Made by a program: the position numbers and the translations under genes | Shown: positions 56,059 to 64,000 of the stretch, piece after piece | Layout of the letters: the number at the start of each line of letters is the position of its first letter | Position numbering within the stretch: position 1 is the stretch's first letter | Origin: Actinomycetota bacterium | GTDB taxonomy: Bacteria; Actinomycetota; Aquicultoria; Aquicultorales; JAMCWL01 | DNA: 64,000 nucleotides | Direction of reading: 5' to 3' | Assembly (NCBI GenBank): GCA_023481285.1 | Contig: JAMCWL010000001.1 | Coordinates: 1,539-65,538 of the forward strand | The notes under the pieces: generated by a model | What the model saw: only the letters and a program-made list of their open reading frames with translations | Told to the model about the DNA's origin: nothing | The model's database searches: none

Positions 56059-57654
56059 ATGTTCATGAAGTTGTTGAGATTATCTTTAGCATCCGCTCTT
56101 CTACTCACCAGCGCTCTTCTTCAGGCGGGTGACGCAGGAGCTACGCTCTATACGGTGGACAGCCAGCTAAAGCCGAAAGCCGCCGTTTCGGCGGCCAAAA
56201 TCGACGGTTTCATCAGGTACAAGAAGGCCGATAGCCCTCTCATCGGGCTCGGGCAAGCCTGGGTGGACGCGGGCAACAAGTATGATGTAAACGCGGTCTA
56301 CCTTTTTTCGCACGCCATTCTTGAGTCGGGCTGGGGAACGAGCCAGATAGCGACGGACAAGAAGAACATCTACGGCTATGGTGCCTACGACCGAGATCCT
56401 TACGGGTACGCGATGGCTTTTAACAGCTTCCAGGAGTGCATCGACTACGTCACCGGAAAGATCAACGCGAATTATCTTACTCCGGGAGGCGCTTACTATA
56501 ACGGGGCGACCTTGCGGGGAATGAACGTCAGATATGCGACCGATCCCAACTGGGGAAGCAAGATCGCCGGGATCATGAATCTCTTTGCCGATCCAATCGG
56601 CGCCTATCCGGCCGCGGTGCCGCCGAGCGGTTTCCCGGGCATCGCCTCTTCGGATGCGGTCGCGGTCTACAACTACGGCAGCGGCACTTCTGCCATCTGG
56701 AATTTCAGAACGGTCAGCGGACGGCAAGGGCTTACCCTGGCGCCTTATGTGGCCTGGCTTAGCGGTCCCCAGGGGCTGGATCCGGTATTCGTCAAATTCG
56801 TTACCGGCGATTTTAATGGCGACGGGGTAACGGACCTTATCGGCCTCTATGATTACGGCGGGCAGGTGGCGGCTTTCTGGCTTTGGAAGGGCAAATCAAA
56901 TGGAGCGCTCGAAAATCCGGTCAAGGTATTTTACATGCCGAGCTGGGAGGTCTCGCAGACCAAGCTGGTCTCCGGCGACTTTGACGGCGACGGCAAGAAC
57001 GAAGTCATGGCGTTTTATAGCTACGGGGGAACCAAGGTTGGCGTCTATCTCTTTAAAATGAACGCGAGCGGCGTCTTCGACAACCCCCGTCAAATCTTCT
57101 ACTCCCCTTACTGGGATTGGGGGCGGACGACGCTGCTTTCAATGAAAGCCGGCTCCCGCGCCGACGTGGTCGCCGCCTACAACTACGGCGGGACGGAGAT
57201 GGGGCTCTGGCAGTTCGGCCTTGACGCCAATGGCAATCTCATCTATCCGCAGCGGGTTTTCTACTCGCCTTACTGGGACTACAGCCGGTCGACCTTCCTT
57301 GCCGGTGATGTAAACGGAGACGGCTATGGGGATATCGTCGCCGTTTACAACTACGGCGGGACGAGCACCGGCGTCTTCACCTTTTACCGGACCGACGCCA
57401 CCGGTGCGAGCTACAGCTACCCCCGCATGGCCTTCCACTCACCATACTGGGCTTATGCGAGATCGAGCTTCCTCGCCGGGGACTTCAACCGTGATGGAGC
57501 CTCCGACCTCCTCGCTTTCTATGACTATGGTGGGGGGAGGACGGCCGCCTGGCTCTTCGGCGCCGACGGGTCGAGCCTTCGCTATCCGTCAATGATCTAC
57601 GAGACCCCCTTCTGGGACAATGCCAGAACGACCTGGTTAAAAAGTAGCAATTAG
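56059..57654 (+). CDS. Secreted peptidoglycan hydrolase (glucosaminidase/GH73-type domain) fused to the same six-blade FG-GAP-like module
   Basis: Signal peptide. HAILESGWG..YGYGAYD..YATDPNWG. C-terminal about 335 aa collinear with the S8 C-terminus. AGGAGG 7 nt upstream. Confidence 0.88.
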   Translation: MFMKLLRLSLASALLLTSALLQAGDAGATLYTVDSQLKPKAAVSAAKIDGFIRYKKADSPLIGLGQAWVDAGNKYDVNAVYLFSHAILESGWGTSQIATDKKNIYGYGAYDRDPYGYAMAFNSFQECIDYVTGKINANYLTPGGAYYNGATLRGMNVRYATDPNWGSKIAGIMNLFADPIGAYPAAVPPSGFPGIASSDAVAVYNYGSGTSAIWNFRTVSGRQGLTLAPYVAWLSGPQGLDPVFVKFVTGDFNGDGVTDLIGLYDYGGQVAAFWLWKGKSNGALENPVKVFYMPSWEVSQTKLVSGDFDGDGKNEVMAFYSYGGTKVGVYLFKMNASGVFDNPRQIFYSPYWDWGRTTLLSMKAGSRADVVAAYNYGGTEMGLWQFGLDANGNLIYPQRVFYSPYWDYSRSTFLAGDVNGDGYGDIVAVYNYGGTSTGVFTFYRTDATGASYSYPRMAFHSPYWAYARSSFLAGDFNRDGASDLLAFYDYGGGRTAAWLFGADGSSLRYPSMIYETPFWDNARTTWLKSSN

Positions 57655-57685
57655 CAGTTATTAGCAATTAGCAATTAGCTGATTG
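57646..57685. repeat. AGCAATT-type 7-mer array containing the stop codon of the preceding gene
   Basis: AGCAATT AGCAGTT ATT AGCAATT AGCAATT AGCTGATT. The TAG stop is at 57652..57654. Confidence 0.75.
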
Positions 57686-57758
57686 GCAAAGGCTGTATAT
57701 CGCTGTTTGGGGTATCAAGAAAGAGATCTTTTATTGCTGCCAGAGACCATCTGGGGTC

Positions 57759-58109
57759 GTGATGGAGCTAACGAACACCATAGTACGCTATGCCGACTTG
57801 TTATCAGTCGCTCTTGCGCTGTTCGGTGTTTTTGTAGTTACGGTCGCAGGTCTGCAAGCGCTCTTCCGCTATATCCAGCAGCTAGTTTCCAGCATTACAG
57901 GAGCTCGCGAAGTTGGTTACGAGTACATCAGGCAGTACTTCGGCTTAAAAATACTGCTTGGCTTGGAGTTTTTCGTAGCGGCCGACATTGTGCGCACGAT
58001 AGTAACCCCCAGCTTCTCCGAGCTCGGCAAGCTCGCCGCCATAGTGTCCATAAGGATCGCGCTAAGCTACTTCCTCGGACGTGAGATCAAGGGCTTAGGT
58101 AAAGGGTAA
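57759..58109 (+). CDS. DUF1622-family membrane protein
   Basis: 116 aa; GLEFFVAADIVRTI motif. Confidence 0.7.
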   Translation: MMELTNTIVRYADLLSVALALFGVFVVTVAGLQALFRYIQQLVSSITGAREVGYEYIRQYFGLKILLGLEFFVAADIVRTIVTPSFSELGKLAAIVSIRIALSYFLGREIKGLGKG

Positions 58110-58255
58110 GTTACCATGAGCTTTTTTGCAGGTCATGGCGGCATCCTGGCAATGGGATGAAGAATAATTAAGAAGCTGTTGACACGGAGTATGGCTTGGT
58201 GTTAAAGTCGACAAATCCTATAGAAATTACCGTATTATGAGCCAGGAATTCTAAA

Positions 58256-58699
58256 ATGAGGCTATCCACAAAAGGCGAATACGCAACAAGAGCGGTCCTT
58301 TATCTATCGCGGCGACATGGGACGGGAACCGTTCAGATTAATGAGATCGCCCATAACGAGGGCATTCCCACGAAGTATCTCGAGCAGATATTGCTTACCC
58401 TTAAGAACGCGGGGCTTCTAATAAGCAAGAAGGGCGTCAAGGGAGGATACTACCTGGCTCGTCCACCTGAAGAGATAACCGTCGGCGAGGTCGTCCGAGT
58501 TATGGACGGCCCCTTGGCCCCGATTCGATGTGCGAGCGAAAAATTCTATGAGCGATGTTCCCTTGAGCCTAGTTGTGGGCTGAGAGGCCTCTGGCTCGAG
58601 GTACGGGGTGCGATATCCGGCATCCTCGACAACCGTACCTTCGGGGACCTTTGCAAGAGCATTGACCAGCATCAGAGGGAACCCATGTATTACATATGA
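58256..58699 (+). CDS. Rrf2 family transcriptional regulator (IscR/CymR-like)
   Basis: MRLSTKGEYATRA start, wHTH, three spaced Cys (C..C.....C) in the C-terminal half. Confidence 0.88.
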   Translation: MRLSTKGEYATRAVLYLSRRHGTGTVQINEIAHNEGIPTKYLEQILLTLKNAGLLISKKGVKGGYYLARPPEEITVGEVVRVMDGPLAPIRCASEKFYERCSLEPSCGLRGLWLEVRGAISGILDNRTFGDLCKSIDQHQREPMYYI

Positions 58700-58729
58700 T
58701 GTCCTGCAGGATAGTTAAAGGATTGGACG

Positions 58730-58894
58730 ATGGGCAAGAGCAATAAAATCGGAGCCGAGAACGTGAAAGCGCTAATGGAAATCGCCTCGGCGATCAAGAG
58801 TATGAATCACGGGTCAATCGAGATCATAGTTCAGGATTTCAAGATCATACAGATCAATAAGACGGACAAGATTAGGTTGGACAAGAAAAGCTGA
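58730..58894 (+). CDS. YezD (DUF2292) family small protein, 54 aa
   Basis: Hand-translated and below the track cutoff: MGKSNKIGAENVKALMEIASAIKSMNHGSIEIIVQDFKIIQINKTDKIRLDKKS. HGS-I-V-QD-K..QI..T.KIRL pattern. AAGGA upstream. Confidence 0.65.
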   Translation: MGKSNKIGAENVKALMEIASAIKSMNHGSIEIIVQDFKIIQINKTDKIRLDKKS

Positions 58895-58954
58895 CTGGTA
58901 AGACCAGAGGCCCTGAAGTGCCGGGGCCTCACTTATTATACGCGAGGAGAGAAA

Positions 58955-59296
58955 GTGGAGCAGGTAAGGAAAGCAAGACTCTTAGTCTTGGGGGGCGTGG
59001 AGGCGGTCGCCTACAAGGAGATCGCTCGCGATATCTCGATATCTCATTTCGTGCATAACAGGCGATTCAGGAAGGCGCATGTAGGCTCTTATGACGCCGT
59101 GGTCTGCCTGACAAGCGAAGTTTCTCATCCGATGGTGAACGGCATTAAACGGGTGTGTAAACGCTACGGGATTCCAATCTATTACATCAGGACCTCCAGC
59201 GGAACGCACTTCAAGTGCGCGCTCGAGAAGATCTGCGGCGACCTCTGCCCCAACCGTAAAACCGCCGGCCGGACCGGACGTAGCCGGGAGCACTAG
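58955..59296 (+). CDS. DUF2325-like protein
   Basis: 113 aa; YDAVVCLTSEVSHPMVNGIKRVCKRYGIPIYYIRTSS pattern. Family assignment from memory. Confidence 0.55.
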   Translation: MEQVRKARLLVLGGVEAVAYKEIARDISISHFVHNRRFRKAHVGSYDAVVCLTSEVSHPMVNGIKRVCKRYGIPIYYIRTSSGTHFKCALEKICGDLCPNRKTAGRTGRSREH

Positions 59297-59416
59297 CCGG
59301 GCGTATCTGGACGTGGCGACTCGTTATCAGCTTAAGGTCGCCCGGACCCACGCCTATAATCTGCAACAAAACCTGCGGGCCAAGTAGAGCGTGCTTTGTT
59401 ATGCTAATATTCAGTT

Positions 59417-59800
59417 ATGCGAGAAGAAGCGACATGGTGGCTTAGGGCCAGCGACAGGGATAAGCAAGCGGCGGAGAAACTTCTAAACTGGGACCTCTTC
59501 GAGAGTTCGGCTTTTCACGCCCAGCAATCCGCCGAGAAGGCGTTAAAAGCTTTACTAATCAGATACGGTCGAGAGGCGCGCACTCATTCATGCGTTAGCA
59601 TACTGAAGCTGCTGAAGATGGAGGGGCTGGATGTCTCATCGGTGGAGCTTTCTGCTAAAAGGCTCGACAGCCACTATATACAATCGAGATATCCCAATGG
59701 AGCCGGTGGTCCGCCGGAAGACCTATATTCAAAAGAAATCGCCGAGGAAGCAATGGAATGTCTAGGCCGGATTCTGAGTTTAGTGCATCAAAATATTTAG
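59417..59800 (+). CDS. HEPN domain protein (toxin-like partner of MNT)
   Basis: 127 aa; FHAQQSAEKALKALL and LDSHYIQSRYPNG motifs of PF05168-type HEPN. Confidence 0.75.
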   Translation: MREEATWWLRASDRDKQAAEKLLNWDLFESSAFHAQQSAEKALKALLIRYGREARTHSCVSILKLLKMEGLDVSSVELSAKRLDSHYIQSRYPNGAGGPPEDLYSKEIAEEAMECLGRILSLVHQNI

Positions 59801-60186
59801 ATCAAGCGCTTATTAATTCATTTCTTGATAATCTTGAGCAGCGCATTAAGGTAAAGGCCTTGATCGTTTTCGGCTCTAGAGCAAAAGGCGACGCCCTTTT
59901 AACAAGCGATTACGATATCGCAGTAGTCTCGGACGATTTCAAGGGTATGAAAAGGTTCGAGCGAACCTATTTATTGCTCGATGTCTGGGCCGCCGATCTT
60001 GCTTTGGAAGCCGTCGCCTATACAGAAGAGGAATTTATGAAAGCGACGGGCATGTTGGTGTGGGACATCTTGGAAGACGGAGTAGCTTTCAAAGACAAAG
60101 GGGTCTTCCGAGAGCGGAAAAAGCTCCATGACGATCTTAAGGCGGCCGGCAAACTTAAGAAAGTCGAAGGCGGCTGGGCGTTTTAA
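59758..60186 (+). CDS. Minimal nucleotidyltransferase (MNT) domain protein
   Basis: 142 aa; FGSRAKGD..SDYDIAV (GS-x10-DxD pattern). 43-nt overlap with the HEPN gene. Confidence 0.75.
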   Translation: MSRPDSEFSASKYLDQALINSFLDNLEQRIKVKALIVFGSRAKGDALLTSDYDIAVVSDDFKGMKRFERTYLLLDVWAADLALEAVAYTEEEFMKATGMLVWDILEDGVAFKDKGVFRERKKLHDDLKAAGKLKKVEGGWAF

Positions 60187-61600
60187 CCCGTGGTACCCCC
60201 GTTGAGGCCTCTTCAAACCACGACAGCTTCTCTCTCAAGCGCACCACCTCTCCGATGACGATCACCGCCGGCGGTTCTATGGCGCTCTCTTTGGCTTGCT
60301 CGGCGATGTCTCCTACCATGCTGACCAGGGTCTTTTGCTCCGGCGTCGAGCCCTTTTCGATCACGGCGGCCGGGGTCCCTTCGGGGAGGCCGCTCTCTAT
60401 AAGCTTTCGGGTTATTGCTTCGAGGTTTCGGATGCCCATCAGGATGACGATGGTCCCGTTCAAGTCGGCGAGCGCCTTCCAGTCGACGTCGCTTTTCGCC
60501 GGGTCCTCGTGGCCGGTCACGAAGGTGACGGTCGAGGTCACGCCTCGCTTCGTCACCGGTATTCCCGCGTAGGCCGGGACGGCGTGGGCGGAGGAGACGC
60601 CGGGGACGAGTTCGAAGGGAATTTCATTCTCGGCTATGGCGAGCGCCTCGTCGCCGCCACGTCCGAAGATGCAGGGGTCTCCGCCTTTAAGGCGGGCCAC
60701 CACTTTGCCCTCGCGCGCTTTTGAGACGAGGAGCTCGTTGATCTCTTCCTGACTGATGGAATGGCGGCCGCTAGACTTACCGACGTAGATCAGCTCGGCC
60801 TCCGGCTTGGCGTATGAAAGAAGCTCTTCGCTTACCAGGCGGTCGTAGATAACGACGTCCGCCTCGCGAATGCATTCCATTCCTTTGAGCGTTATTAGCT
60901 TTGGGTCGCCTGGACCCGCGCCTATCAAGTAAACTTTTCCCTCTAGGGGACGTAGTTTCCTGTATTGACTCACTTTTGCTTCATATTCACATAGGAAACT
61001 TAGGAAACTACGTCCCCCAAGTTCTCTAATGAGAGTAGGGGTGTCCAGTTCGAGGAGCTTGGCCAAAACCTCCCGTCTTGCAACGCCATCCTTGTATTCT
61101 CGAATGACCTTCTCCCTGATCTTTTTAAGTAAGGACAGGTACTCTGCGTATTCGGTTCCGTATCCGTCTTCCAGCTCGCCCCTTATCTTCCGGGCCAACA
61201 GCGGATAGCTTCCGCTCGTAGAAACGCCGATGACGAGATCTCCTCTCTTTACCACCGAAGGTACGACGAAAGTGCATAGCTCCGGCCGGTCGGCAACGTT
61301 GATCAAAACGCCTCTGTCGGTCGCTTCTTCGTAGACCTGATGGTTGACCTCGGGATCGTCCGACGCGGCAAAAGCCAGGAAAGTCCCGCTCAGATCCGCA
61401 TAAGCGTACTCCCGTTCCAGGTGCTCGACTTTTCTAGAGATAGCTAGATCTCTGAGGCGGGCGGTAATTTTAGGGCTCACCACTTTGATCTTCGCCCCGA
61501 ATTCCAGAAGCGTCAGGACTTTACGCTCGGCAACGCCGCCCCCGCCGATCACGACGCAGGGCTTTCCTTCCAGCCGAAGATTGACAGGATAAAAAGCCAT
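60155..61600 (-). CDS. cysG: Siroheme synthase-like fusion: precorrin-2 dehydrogenase/ferrochelatase N-domain plus uroporphyrinogen-III C-methyltransferase C-domain
   Basis: N-term VVIGGGGVAERK Rossmann. C-term VYLIGAGPGDP..GKS..RLKGGDP. Start set to Met19 (MAFYPVNL). 3' end overlaps the convergent MNT gene by about 32 nt. Confidence 0.85.
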   Translation of the reverse strand: MAFYPVNLRLEGKPCVVIGGGGVAERKVLTLLEFGAKIKVVSPKITARLRDLAISRKVEHLEREYAYADLSGTFLAFAASDDPEVNHQVYEEATDRGVLINVADRPELCTFVVPSVVKRGDLVIGVSTSGSYPLLARKIRGELEDGYGTEYAEYLSLLKKIREKVIREYKDGVARREVLAKLLELDTPTLIRELGGRSFLSFLCEYEAKVSQYRKLRPLEGKVYLIGAGPGDPKLITLKGMECIREADVVIYDRLVSEELLSYAKPEAELIYVGKSSGRHSISQEEINELLVSKAREGKVVARLKGGDPCIFGRGGDEALAIAENEIPFELVPGVSSAHAVPAYAGIPVTKRGVTSTVTFVTGHEDPAKSDVDWKALADLNGTIVILMGIRNLEAITRKLIESGLPEGTPAAVIEKGSTPEQKTLVSMVGDIAEQAKESAIEPPAVIVIGEVVRLREKLSWFEEASTGVPRVKTPSRLRLS

Positions 61601-61688
61601 TTCACGCCCTTCTGCTAAACTTTCCAACTTCCGCTTGACATAGGGAGCTTGCAACTACATTATAATAACTATATTTCCGATTGGGTAT

Positions 61689-62576
61689 ATGCGTTTTCAT
61701 CGAGAGGAAAATGTGAACGCCATCGACTACGCGGCCCTCAAGCAGGGGGGGATAATCAAGCAGAAGCAGCCTGACCTCTTCTCGGTGAGGATCCGCATCC
61801 TCGTCGGGAACATCGCTGCCGATGATCTGGCGGCCCTCGCAGAGCTCGCGAAGAAGTACGGGCGTGGGACGCTCCATCTCACCATGCGCCAGTGCATCGA
61901 AATTCCGTACGTTCACTTTGACGACCTCCATGCGATTCAGCGGGAGCTCAATGAGCTTGGCTTCAAGCTGGGCGCCTGCGGGCCTCGCGTGCGGGTCATT
62001 ACCGCCTGCCAAGGGAGAACGCTCTGCCCGCACGCGCTCGGCGACACCGCGAAGCTCGCGACCGCTCTCGACGAACAATATTACGCCCGCGGTCCCCTGC
62101 CTCACAAGTTTAAGATGGCGGTAACCGGTTGCCCCAATGCCTGCATAAAGCCGCAAGAAAATGATGTCGGCTTTGTAGCCGCAGTCGAGCCGGGGCTGAA
62201 CGAGGGGGAGTGCATTAGCTGTGGACTATGCGCTGAGATCTGCCCGGCGGGTGCGATCACCATGGAGGGCGATTTACCGGTCATAGATCGCGCGAAGTGC
62301 AGTCGCGATGGGAAGTGCATCCAGTCCTGCCCAACCGGCGCGCTTTACGTAGACAGGCAGGGCTGGCAGGTCTATGCGGGCGGCAAGTTTGGCCGGTATC
62401 CACAGCTCGGCATGCTTCTCACGGAGTTCGTGAGCGATGAGGACGCTGTTTTGCTCATCGGTCGAGTGCTTAACGTCTATGAAGAGCTGGCGAACCAGCG
62501 GGAGAGGCTGGGCGATCTCATCAACCGGATGGGGCTCGAATCCTTCAAGGAGGCGATAGACGGTGTCCGGGCATGA
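61689..62576 (+). CDS. Small sulfite/nitrite-reductase-family hemoprotein with inserted 2x[4Fe-4S] ferredoxin domain (AsrC/Dsr-like)
   Basis: NIR_SIR ferredoxin-like half-domain. Siroheme-cluster cysteines (ACQGRTLCP ... VTGCPNAC). CISCGLCAEICP and CSRDGKCIQSCP. An in-frame GTG at 61713 with GAGGA upstream is an alternative start. Confidence 0.8.
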   Translation: MRFHREENVNAIDYAALKQGGIIKQKQPDLFSVRIRILVGNIAADDLAALAELAKKYGRGTLHLTMRQCIEIPYVHFDDLHAIQRELNELGFKLGACGPRVRVITACQGRTLCPHALGDTAKLATALDEQYYARGPLPHKFKMAVTGCPNACIKPQENDVGFVAAVEPGLNEGECISCGLCAEICPAGAITMEGDLPVIDRAKCSRDGKCIQSCPTGALYVDRQGWQVYAGGKFGRYPQLGMLLTEFVSDEDAVLLIGRVLNVYEELANQRERLGDLINRMGLESFKEAIDGVRA

Positions 62577-62787
62577 GCTGGACCTGAGGGGAATCGTCTG
62601 CCCGATAAACTTCGTCAAGACGAAGCTCAAGCTCGAAGAGCTCGCCAGCGGAGAGGAGCTGGTCGTCCTGCTCGATCCGGGGGAGCCGATCGAGAACGTC
62701 CCTCGCAGCGCCAGGGATGAGGGGCACAAGGTGCTTTCGCTCGAGCGCGAAGGCGATTACTACCGCGTGGTCGTCAAGAAAGGTTAG
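62563..62787 (+). CDS. TusA/SirA-like sulfur carrier protein
   Basis: 74 aa; LDLRGIVCPINFVKTK with the conserved Cys-Pro. Confidence 0.8.
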   Translation: MSGHELDLRGIVCPINFVKTKLKLEELASGEELVVLLDPGEPIENVPRSARDEGHKVLSLEREGDYYRVVVKKG

Positions 62788-62794
62788 TTGGCCA

Positions 62795-64000
62795 ATGGCT
62801 TTTGATCCGAAGGATATCGAGACGCAAATCGTCGAAGCCGACGTCTTGATCATCGGGGGCGGCACCGCCGGTTGCCTGGCCGCCGTCGAAGCGCGGGAAA
62901 AGGACCCTCGCCTTAAGGTGGTCATCGTCGAGAAGGCGCATATCGACCGCTCCGGTTGTCTCGCGGCAGGCATGAACGCGATAAACGCCTACCTTCACCC
63001 TGGTGAGACGCCGGAGAGCTTTACGGCGCACGTCCGCGCGGACGCGCTCGGACTTATCCGGGAGGATGTCGTGCTGGCCTCAGCGCGGGAGATCAACACG
63101 GCGGTCGCCCGGGTAGAGTCCTGGGGTCTCCCGATCCTTAAAGATGGAAACGGCAATTACGCGGCGCGCGGCCGCTGGAACATCAAGATCAACGGCGAGC
63201 GCCTGAAGCCCATCATCGCCGATGCGGCCCGCCGGGCGGGCGCCGATATCTATAACCGCGTGAACGTAACGGATCTCTTGATATACGAAGGTCGGGTGAT
63301 CGGAGCGGTGGGCTTTGGGGTTCGCGACGGGGCTTTCTACGTCTTCCTGGCCAAATCGACGATCGTCGCGACGGGGGGCACCGCCGGCTTATATCGACCT
63401 AATAATCCAGGGAGCGCCCACCACAAGATGTGGTACCCGCCTTTCAACGCCGGGGCCGGCTACGCCATCGGCATCCGCGCCGGCGTCGAGATGACCTCAT
63501 TCGAGATGCGCTTCATCGCACTTCGCACCAAGGATGCGATAGCACCGACTGGCACGCTCGCTCTCGGTTTCGGGGCGCCGCAGGTCAATGCGAAGGGCGA
63601 GCGCTTTATGCAGACGCGCTTCGGTCACGCCGGCGGCGACGGGGCGGCGACTCCGCTGCGGGTCTACGGACCGACGCTCGAGCTCAAGGAGGGGCGAGGC
63701 CCCTGCTATCTCGATACCCGAGGCCTGAGCGCCGAGGACGTCCACCGACTCAAAGCTTCTTATCTCGACATGTACCCGGGGATCGTTCTCTACTGGGCGG
63801 CGAACGGCATCGATCCGTCAAAGGAGCCGGTCGAAATCTGCGGGACGGAGCCGTACGTCATGGGCGGTCACTGCCAGGCCGGTTACTGGATAGACCCGGA
63901 TCGCTCTACGACGCTTCCGGGACTTTTTGCGGCGGGAGACGTCGCCGGAGGGAATCCCTACAAGTTCGTCTCCGGCGCCTGGGCGGAGGGGATCATCGCC
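62795..64000 (+). CDS. aprA: Partial CDS (3' end off-window): adenylylsulfate reductase alpha-subunit-like FAD flavoprotein
   Basis: Hand-translated; not in the track because it is open-ended. DVLIIGGGTAGC, RSGCLAAGMNAINAY, FEMRFIALRTKD, EPYVMGGH, AAGDVAGG. Resembles AprA within the fumarate-reductase flavoprotein superfamily. No aprB seen upstream. Confidence 0.65.
   Translation, partial: MAFDPKDIETQIVEADVLIIGGGTAGCLAAVEAREKDPRLKVVIVEKAHIDRSGCLAAGMNAINAYLHPGETPESFTAHVRADALGLIREDVVLASAREINTAVARVESWGLPILKDGNGNYAARGRWNIKINGERLKPIIADAARRAGADIYNRVNVTDLLIYEGRVIGAVGFGVRDGAFYVFLAKSTIVATGGTAGLYRPNNPGSAHHKMWYPPFNAGAGYAIGIRAGVEMTSFEMRFIALRTKDAIAPTGTLALGFGAPQVNAKGERFMQTRFGHAGGDGAATPLRVYGPTLELKEGRGPCYLDTRGLSAEDVHRLKASYLDMYPGIVLYWAANGIDPSKEPVEICGTEPYVMGGHCQAGYWIDPDRSTTLPGLFAAGDVAGGNPYKFVSGAWAEGIIA

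Overview
GC-rich bacterial chromosomal segment, apparently from an uncultured anaerobe. A guaB3-type IMPDH paralog, a PLDc_N/PadR/ABC module and two DNA ligases give it an Actinomycetota-like flavour; this lineage call is inference only. Most of the window is housekeeping: ppsA, guaB3-like/guaA, chorismate mutase plus DAHP synthase, ppa, pcrA, ligA, an ATP-dependent ligase, nth and gatCAB. It also holds a homocitrate-synthase/aconitase-type/dehydrogenase cluster, a NitT/TauT-type ABC importer, and a sulfur cluster (Rrf2, YezD, siroheme synthase, small sulfite-reductase-like protein, TusA, AprA-like). Seven things stand out. (1) An unannotated 38-aa Cys/Trp-rich ORF with a strong SD has a stop that overlaps (TGATG) an internal Met of a radical SAM/SPASM enzyme, making it a candidate new RiPP. 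(2) A modular family of intergenic elements is built from arrays of 7-8-nt tandem units, often as inverted arms around conserved cores, and sits even between cistrons of operons. (3) A 111-nt perfect inverted copy of the gatA 3' end abuts one such element, and a diverged copy of the ligA 3' end lies next to a 34-nt palindrome. (4) A RayT (IS200-like Y1) gene is bracketed by inverted REP-like palindromes. (5) An AT-rich 257-aa intein splits helicase motif III of PcrA. (6) Divergently transcribed secreted S8 protease and GH73-type muramidase genes share a collinear six-blade FG-GAP-like C-terminal module. (7) Two tandem paralog pairs (dual-GT2, DUF4331) carry perfectly identical tracts consistent with gene conversion. 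No rRNA, tRNA or CRISPR was found. All family assignments come from motif recognition by eye, not database searches.
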